Shown in pieces: positions 58,116 to 64,000 of a stretch of 64,000 bases of DNA (the stretch's first letter is position 1; each line of letters opens with the position of its first letter). The stretch comes from a virus, in the IMG/VR virus record IMGVR_UViG_3300010883_000001, positions 64,001 to 128,000 of that record. One strand, given 5' to 3'. The notes below the pieces were generated by a model. It was not told where the DNA came from and did no database searches. It was given only the letters and a program-made list of their open reading frames with translations. Made by a program: the position numbers and the translations under genes.

Positions 58116-58926
58116 TACCATTGCACTTTTTGACATGGATGGCACGCTAACACCGGCTAGAAAGAAAATTGATGATAGTATGATTGGTCCTATGATCGAT
58201 CTATTAAGTGTCACACGCGTTGGAATCGTGTCTGGTAGTGGTATCGACTATATTACGCAACAGTGTAATGGATTGTTTAAAGAGTTGCTGGCGCGCCATA
58301 GTCTTCGTGAAAATCTAGATATCTTGCCATGTAACGGTACTCAGGTATATAAGCTTGATCCAATGTCACATGAAAATCCTCTCGTAAAAAAATATGCAGT
58401 TGATATGATCCAAAAGGTAGGAGAAGAAAAGTATAAATCTCTTATTTCAAAGATTATATCATTAACACATGAGTGCCAGGCGAATAATAATATTCCTTGC
58501 ACTGGTACTTTTATGTCGTACAGAGGTAGCATGCTGAATTGGGCTCCCTCGGGTCGCGATTGTAATTTTGATAAAAGGCAGGCGTTCATGGATTTTGATA
58601 AAGATGCGGGTCTTCGTGTCGATTTAGTTGAGAGGTTGGCATCATTTGTTGAGGATGAGCTACATGCTAATATAGACATGGCCATTGGTGGTGAGATTTC
58701 AATTGATATATTTCCGACCGGATGGGATAAGACCTACGCTCTGCGTCATTATCCGGATTTTATCTATTCTTTTGTCGGAGATAGGTGCACTCCACCGGGA
58801 AATGATTATCCCATATATTCTAATGTGGAGAACCTGGGATACCCCGTATATAATGTTTCAGACCCTTCAGACACTATAGATATAATTAACAATAGACTTA
58901 TTCCTTATTTTTCTAAAGGACAATAA
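58087..58926 (+). CDS. Eukaryote-type phosphomannomutase (HAD-IIB, PMM2/Sec53 family)
   Basis: LFDMDGTLTPARK, GTFMSYRGSMLNWAPSGR, GGEISIDIFPTGWDKTYAL, FVGDR..PGNDY. Confidence 0.85.
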   Translation: MNVVKKKLSNTIALFDMDGTLTPARKKIDDSMIGPMIDLLSVTRVGIVSGSGIDYITQQCNGLFKELLARHSLRENLDILPCNGTQVYKLDPMSHENPLVKKYAVDMIQKVGEEKYKSLISKIISLTHECQANNNIPCTGTFMSYRGSMLNWAPSGRDCNFDKRQAFMDFDKDAGLRVDLVERLASFVEDELHANIDMAIGGEISIDIFPTGWDKTYALRHYPDFIYSFVGDRCTPPGNDYPIYSNVENLGYPVYNVSDPSDTIDIINNRLIPYFSKGQ

Positions 58927-58928
58927 CA

Positions 58929-60194
58929 ATGGGATTAATTCACCTCAGTCACTTACACGAAAATATGTCTTTGACGTTTGGCGAGATAAAGGCCGTATTT
59001 AGCGGTATAACTACAGGAGAAATTCAACCGATTGAAAAGTTTGATGGGCAGAGTATATTCTTTAAGTGGAATGCGCCAGATAGTACAGTCCGGGTTGCAT
59101 ACAGCGCATCAGAGATCAGAGCTGGGGGCAAGACAATCGAGGAGTTTTCTCAACGGTGGATTGGCCACCCCGCCGAGAATGCGTTTGTTGGGGGTGCCGA
59201 GGCAATTCAACTAGGGGTTCAGTCACTTGATGACGCTACCTTGCTGACAATCTTTGGGGATAGTGGGAATAGCTTTATTGCAGCGGAGATAATATATCCA
59301 GACAACCCGAATATGATAAATTATAATGGCAATTATATTGCGATGCATAACCTGCAGAAGTTTGATGATGCCGGGAAACCGGCAGACGCGCAGCTAGCAG
59401 GCGGAGAGTTTGGGCAGCTAATATCTGCGATAGAGGAGGCAGAAGAGGCTGCCGATCAGAGTGAGTGGTCAGTAATAGGCCCCCAAATTACCAACATTCA
59501 AGATTTAGTATCAGGTGATACTGTAGCAGAGTATATCTCCCAATTAGACGTTGTTTCTGGGATGAGTGATAATGCAACAATTGGTGATTATGTTGAAGAG
59601 CAGCTTCGGGCCGGCCCAATTTTTGATTTACCAATTCCCATTACTAAACAAGAGGGTTTAATTAAGCTTATTTTGAAAAAAGATGGCGCTCCACGGTTAA
59701 TTGACTTAAAGAAAGGATTACCAAGAGATGTCGCAGCGCAAGTTTCGGCACTAGGCCAGGCTAAAAATAGGAATAAGGTTGTTGGAAATGCTGTTAGCAA
59801 GATCGAGGGAGTGATTAGTGATTTTGCTATAGAAATTTTATCCGGAGTTGAATCAGTAATTGTAGGTTCTCACAGTGAAGAGATTTCTAGACTAAAGACA
59901 ATGTTGAATGATGCCGTCACGCAGATCGAGGCTGCGGAGGGATCAGATGATTTAATGCCTATGGTTGAAAAGCAGCTTGAAAAGTTAGGCGGAATTGATA
60001 AGATAACATCTACCGTAGAAGGGATAGTATTTGAGTATCCAGCTGGCAGTAAGCAGTTATACAAATTGACCGGCGCTTTCGCAATGTTGAATCAGATTGT
60101 TGGCCGGGCCCGAAGGTTGCCTGCTCCCACGAAAGAAAGCGAGCAAAACGAGGCTCTCTTGCGTAATTATGTAAGGGCATTTATAACGGGATGA
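58929..60194 (+). CDS. RNA/DNA-ligase-like covalent nucleotidyltransferase-fold protein
   Basis: Motif I EKFDG, motif IV EGIVF, motif V YKLTG; C-terminal NEALLRNYVR. Confidence 0.55.
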   Translation: MGLIHLSHLHENMSLTFGEIKAVFSGITTGEIQPIEKFDGQSIFFKWNAPDSTVRVAYSASEIRAGGKTIEEFSQRWIGHPAENAFVGGAEAIQLGVQSLDDATLLTIFGDSGNSFIAAEIIYPDNPNMINYNGNYIAMHNLQKFDDAGKPADAQLAGGEFGQLISAIEEAEEAADQSEWSVIGPQITNIQDLVSGDTVAEYISQLDVVSGMSDNATIGDYVEEQLRAGPIFDLPIPITKQEGLIKLILKKDGAPRLIDLKKGLPRDVAAQVSALGQAKNRNKVVGNAVSKIEGVISDFAIEILSGVESVIVGSHSEEISRLKTMLNDAVTQIEAAEGSDDLMPMVEKQLEKLGGIDKITSTVEGIVFEYPAGSKQLYKLTGAFAMLNQIVGRARRLPAPTKESEQNEALLRNYVRAFITG

Positions 60195-60201
60195 TGATAG
60201 A

Positions 60202-61887
60202 ATGAATCAAGAATTAGTTAGACAACTTGTGCGTGAGTGGTTGAATGAATTATTCGATGAGCCGAAAACAGCAGGTTATTATAAGCCTCGTCACGGGGGT
60301 TACACTGGCCCAGGATTGAACCAGGCCAGCGATAATCATTCTTATGTAGAAGATGGTTCTTGGAACCCTACTGGCCTATCCAGCTTAAGCGTTTTCGGTA
60401 ATGTTTCGAGGGCAAGAGACGGTAAAACCGGCTACAAAGTTCAACCAACAGACTCTGTTGCAGCGGAGCTTAAGCAGTTTTTTGAAGAGTCAGGTGCAAC
60501 AAAAGACGAAATCGTCGAGCTTGGCCAAAAAGTAAAGACTAAAATTGACGCTATTTTTACGTCTGCGCTTAAAGCGATTCCGGATCTTGATCCTGCAAAG
60601 TGGGATGGCCCTAAAATTCGTGGAAAAGACGAGATTACGGGTGCAGTAGGCTATAGGTACGATCACCCAGGCTTATCTGCTCCATTTATGGTTAGCTTAC
60701 ACGGTATCACTAGCGCAAGAGGTAATACAACTGAAAGAACTCAAAACGTCGCAGGTTACTGCATGAACATAGCGTTGACAGCTCCACCACCACAAGGGCC
60801 CGGCCTAAAAGTAAAGGACTTTACTCAAATAGCCAAAAAGGGCTCAACTGTTCCAGATGTCAAATTTAATTTTGAGAACTCTGAGCCTATCATCGTTGAA
60901 GTGAAACAAGACAACGCTTATCTTTTTGATAAAACAATGAGTCGAGACGGTGTAACAAGCAAAAAAGCAGCTAGAGCTGGTTCAATGATCGACAAAATGG
61001 CGGTGGCACTGGCAAAATCTGTTGCAGGGGTTTCAAGTAGTTTTCCTCGCGGATCAATTGCATCATTAGCAGACTACGTTGATGCTCTGAGGGCTGATCC
61101 GGTGGTGAAGAAGGCCGTGTCAAAAGGCGCGCCCATGCCGGGTTATGCAGGCGATGGCGGAGGCACTGCAGCGAAAGGAAGTCTTCCAGCAGCATATTTT
61201 TCGCTGCCTGACTCAAGTAAGGGTTTCTTAGTGCAAGTGCTTCAGGAACACTGGGTAGAGGGCGGGGACAATTATTTGGCAGTAGTTTCCGGTAATCAGT
61301 CTTATGTGTGGTTTACTGGAAACGGTAAAAACCTTTTAGAAAGCATGGGTGTCAAATCCTTCGGTCCGGAATCGTTCACTAGCGCAAGATTAAGAAATGG
61401 ATCAGCGGGAGAAGGAAAGATAAGGGTCATGGTCGATGTTAAGTTTAACCTGACAGATGGCTTTGAGGTGTGTGCCGGCAAAGGTGCATTCATGAATGAA
61501 GCGCTAGTACGAGAATCCAGGGATATTCAGAGACTGCGTAGTGTAATCAGGGAATCTCTTTTGATGGAAGAACTAACTCGCTCAGACAAGGTTGAGGTTG
61601 GTAGAATAATCCGAAAAGAGATTGACAAAGATCGAGCAAAGCAAAAGAAGGTCGCGAGGACCGAGGCAGAAGAAGAGATCAAGAAGGCTTTAGGAGTCTC
61701 ATTCTTTGGGAGCAAAGGAAAGATAAATAAGTTTGTTGTGGACGCTATTCATAGTGAAGTTACCAAGCTTATCAACAAAGGCCAGACCCGTGATGATATT
61801 GCCAAGATAACAAAGGACGTTATCAAGAAGCTCTACAAAGAGCTAGCGGTTGCGCAGGCCCCAGTCATAGACAGGATCAAGGTCTAA
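60202..61887 (+). CDS. Protein with central PD-(D/E)XK-like motif flanked by recurring head-type motifs
   Basis: VPDVKF...IVEVK; LVRQLVREWLNE and LRSVIRESLLMEE. Confidence 0.5.
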   Translation: MNQELVRQLVREWLNELFDEPKTAGYYKPRHGGYTGPGLNQASDNHSYVEDGSWNPTGLSSLSVFGNVSRARDGKTGYKVQPTDSVAAELKQFFEESGATKDEIVELGQKVKTKIDAIFTSALKAIPDLDPAKWDGPKIRGKDEITGAVGYRYDHPGLSAPFMVSLHGITSARGNTTERTQNVAGYCMNIALTAPPPQGPGLKVKDFTQIAKKGSTVPDVKFNFENSEPIIVEVKQDNAYLFDKTMSRDGVTSKKAARAGSMIDKMAVALAKSVAGVSSSFPRGSIASLADYVDALRADPVVKKAVSKGAPMPGYAGDGGGTAAKGSLPAAYFSLPDSSKGFLVQVLQEHWVEGGDNYLAVVSGNQSYVWFTGNGKNLLESMGVKSFGPESFTSARLRNGSAGEGKIRVMVDVKFNLTDGFEVCAGKGAFMNEALVRESRDIQRLRSVIRESLLMEELTRSDKVEVGRIIRKEIDKDRAKQKKVARTEAEEEIKKALGVSFFGSKGKINKFVVDAIHSEVTKLINKGQTRDDIAKITKDVIKKLYKELAVAQAPVIDRIKV

Positions 61888-61969
61888 TTAGAGACCCCAA
61901 TTAACAAACATTCATTAGAATACTATTTTTATAATATTGCTATAGCTTTATTTGGAGACAGTACCATCA

Positions 61970-64000
61970 ATGAAAAACGTAATTTTATTTCTTGTTACTC
62001 TTGCGTTTCTTGTGTCGTGCAAGGATGAGACGCCGGCGGGACAAGGTGCAGATGATCAGGAGCTCCCCCCTCGATTATCATCTGACAATCCAGATGCTTC
62101 TCTAGAGCCAGATGTTCATATTTTAGACTGGCAACCCTCACTCCCTCCGGAGCCTGAGCTCACGCGTGAAGAACGCTGTGCACAGATACCGGTTATCGAG
62201 ACTCAAGAATATTGCCTGTGTTTTCCACAATGTTGTGATAACCAGAGGTGGTACTGCCCACCAAACCCCCGTCAGACAATAGACGTAATGCAGGTCGTTG
62301 TTGAGATTTGTGATGAGAATAAGGTACCTTGCATATTTGGGATTGACCCGGGTTGTCCGCCACCTGAAATATTATCACGAGGTGAATGCATCACACAGTG
62401 GGAGTGCCCTCCGGGAACAATCGGCGAGTTTATACGCTGGTTTGAATGCCAGCTTGAGGATGGTACGTTGGGTAGACAACAGATTATTTGTGACAAGGGC
62501 AATTTGCAACACATGCCTTGTCATCCATGTGATCCGGAGGTCTGTGACGATGAGGACAATGATTGTGATAACATCATTGATGAAGGTAGATTTCCATGTG
62601 AGACGCAGTGTGGCGAAGGGTGGGGTTTTTGCATAGAAGGGCAAGTTGTTGATTGTAATGCGGCGAATCCTGGTGAGGAAAGATGTAATTTCCTAGATGA
62701 TGACTGTGATGGCACCATTGATGAGGGTCAGAGGAATGCATGTGATGAATGTGGCCCATTATCCATAGACATATGTGATGGTGCAGATAATGACTGTGAT
62801 GGTACTGTTGATGAAGAGTTAGTTCGGGAATGTGAAACTGCATGTGAAAGAGGTATCGAGACATGCGAAAATGGTAACTGGATATCGTGTACGGCACAAC
62901 AACCGGTTGATGAAGTGTGTGACGGCGCAGACAATGATTGTGACGGTCGGATTGATGAGCAACTAGATTGCCTATGTACGATCCAGGACGTAGGAAATCT
63001 AATGCCTTGCTCAGAGCCACCGTTATTGTGTGGTCAGGGATTTAAGACATGCGAGTGTGTAGATCCGGATTGTCATGAGTTGAGAGTGACAGAGTGTGCA
63101 GCGTTATGTACGTATGTACCCCAACCACCTCCATGCGATCCTAGGGTTGGGATTGCTTTGGGGCAAGAAGAGTGTAATAATTTTGATGAAGACTGTGATG
63201 ATCTAATTGATGAGGGTTTGAGACAGGCATGTTATACCGGTGAGCCAGAAACACTACTTACGGGTGTTTGTATTCCGGGTGAAGTATATTGTGATAGGGG
63301 TACCTGGGGAAATGATAGAAATAATGCATTTGATCCAGGATATTGTTCCGGAGAAGTAACGCCTAGCGAAGAGATCTGTGATGGAGCCGATAACGATTGT
63401 GACGGTGAGATCGATTACGGAGAAGAGATAAGGGATACTGATATTTTATTTATTGTCGACTGGTCTGGATCAATGGATCAGGAAATAGAGGCAGTTAAGA
63501 TTGCATTGAATAGATTTGCACAGCATTTTGAGGCTGAGATACCACTTCAGTGGGGGTTGGTGGTTGGGCCAAAAGCATTTCCACATGCAGTTGGTCATGA
63601 AACGTTAGTATTAGTTTCAAATATATCTCCATTTGATCAATTCTTAGCTGCATTTGCGGCTTTGGGAAATGAAGGCATGTCCACCGGTAATGAGATGTTG
63701 CTGGACGCAATTTATTTTGCCGTAAGGAATATCTCTGGTAACGCCAATATAGACATTGCTGCGCTACAGTGGAGACGGAATGTCGATTCAATCCCGGAGA
63801 AAGAAAATTTTAATATTACCTGGCGCCCAGATGCTGATAGGATCATCATTGTATTTACGGATGAGGCTGAGCAGTCTTATTTGGATCCTCAAATTACAAA
63901 ACTTCATGTCGAAGATGCTTTAAGAGCAGGTATAAATCTTAAATTATACACATTTTCAATTCCTCTTATCGGAAATTGGGAAGAAATTTCTCAGGCCGGA
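61970..64000 (+). CDS. Cys-rich lipoprotein with six MopE-like metal-binding repeats and a vWA domain (3'-truncated; not in ORF track)
   Basis: Hand translation: MKNVILFLVTLAFLVSC lipobox; six C(D/N)xxD(N/D/E)DCDxxxD(E/Y) repeats; DILFIVDWSGS MIDAS; IIIVFTDE; open to the window end. Confidence 0.85.
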   Translation, partial: MKNVILFLVTLAFLVSCKDETPAGQGADDQELPPRLSSDNPDASLEPDVHILDWQPSLPPEPELTREERCAQIPVIETQEYCLCFPQCCDNQRWYCPPNPRQTIDVMQVVVEICDENKVPCIFGIDPGCPPPEILSRGECITQWECPPGTIGEFIRWFECQLEDGTLGRQQIICDKGNLQHMPCHPCDPEVCDDEDNDCDNIIDEGRFPCETQCGEGWGFCIEGQVVDCNAANPGEERCNFLDDDCDGTIDEGQRNACDECGPLSIDICDGADNDCDGTVDEELVRECETACERGIETCENGNWISCTAQQPVDEVCDGADNDCDGRIDEQLDCLCTIQDVGNLMPCSEPPLLCGQGFKTCECVDPDCHELRVTECAALCTYVPQPPPCDPRVGIALGQEECNNFDEDCDDLIDEGLRQACYTGEPETLLTGVCIPGEVYCDRGTWGNDRNNAFDPGYCSGEVTPSEEICDGADNDCDGEIDYGEEIRDTDILFIVDWSGSMDQEIEAVKIALNRFAQHFEAEIPLQWGLVVGPKAFPHAVGHETLVLVSNISPFDQFLAAFAALGNEGMSTGNEMLLDAIYFAVRNISGNANIDIAALQWRRNVDSIPEKENFNITWRPDADRIIIVFTDEAEQSYLDPQITKLHVEDALRAGINLKLYTFSIPLIGNWEEISQAG

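Noticed and set aside
62193-63791. Short ORFs listed in the track in this region
   Set aside because: Shadows of the long + strand lipoprotein ORF starting at 61970

Overview
The window looks like part of a large (jumbo-type) tailed-phage genome: dense, almost entirely + strand, standard genetic code, with no rRNA, tRNA or CRISPR array seen. 1-14 kb: partial ClpP and a cassette of modular Gly/Ser/Thr-rich fibre or virion proteins with shared domains and conserved leaders. 14.9-28.2 kb: a tightly coupled DNA-metabolism operon that reads as a cytosine hypermodification pathway built around a phage DnaE. It encodes a dCTPase-like pyrophosphatase, UDP-glucuronate decarboxylase, DnaE, FAD oxidoreductase, SDR, dNMP kinase, GT-B glycosyltransferase, NDP-sugar epimerase, a dCMP-type thymidylate-synthase homologue, TK, DHH and dCMP deaminase. 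28-39 kb: acidic, probably head-associated proteins, including degenerate SOD and PCD folds, and a holin/spanin-like trio. 39-49 kb: nucleases, GroEL, a sigma-70 lacking region 4.2 followed by a separate HTH gene, PDF, DnaJ, TilS and an IMPDH/GMPR. 49-64 kb: motif-bearing cargo proteins (ParB-like, ligase-like, PD-(D/E)XK), ThyX, a eukaryote-type phosphomannomutase and a truncated Cys-rich vWA lipoprotein of myxobacterial style. Top leads are (1) a putative pentosyl (xylosyl/arabinosyl)-modified-cytosine DNA system with its own DnaE, and (2) a split sigma factor with a three-copy non-canonical promoter. All calls come from reading motifs by eye; no database searches were run.
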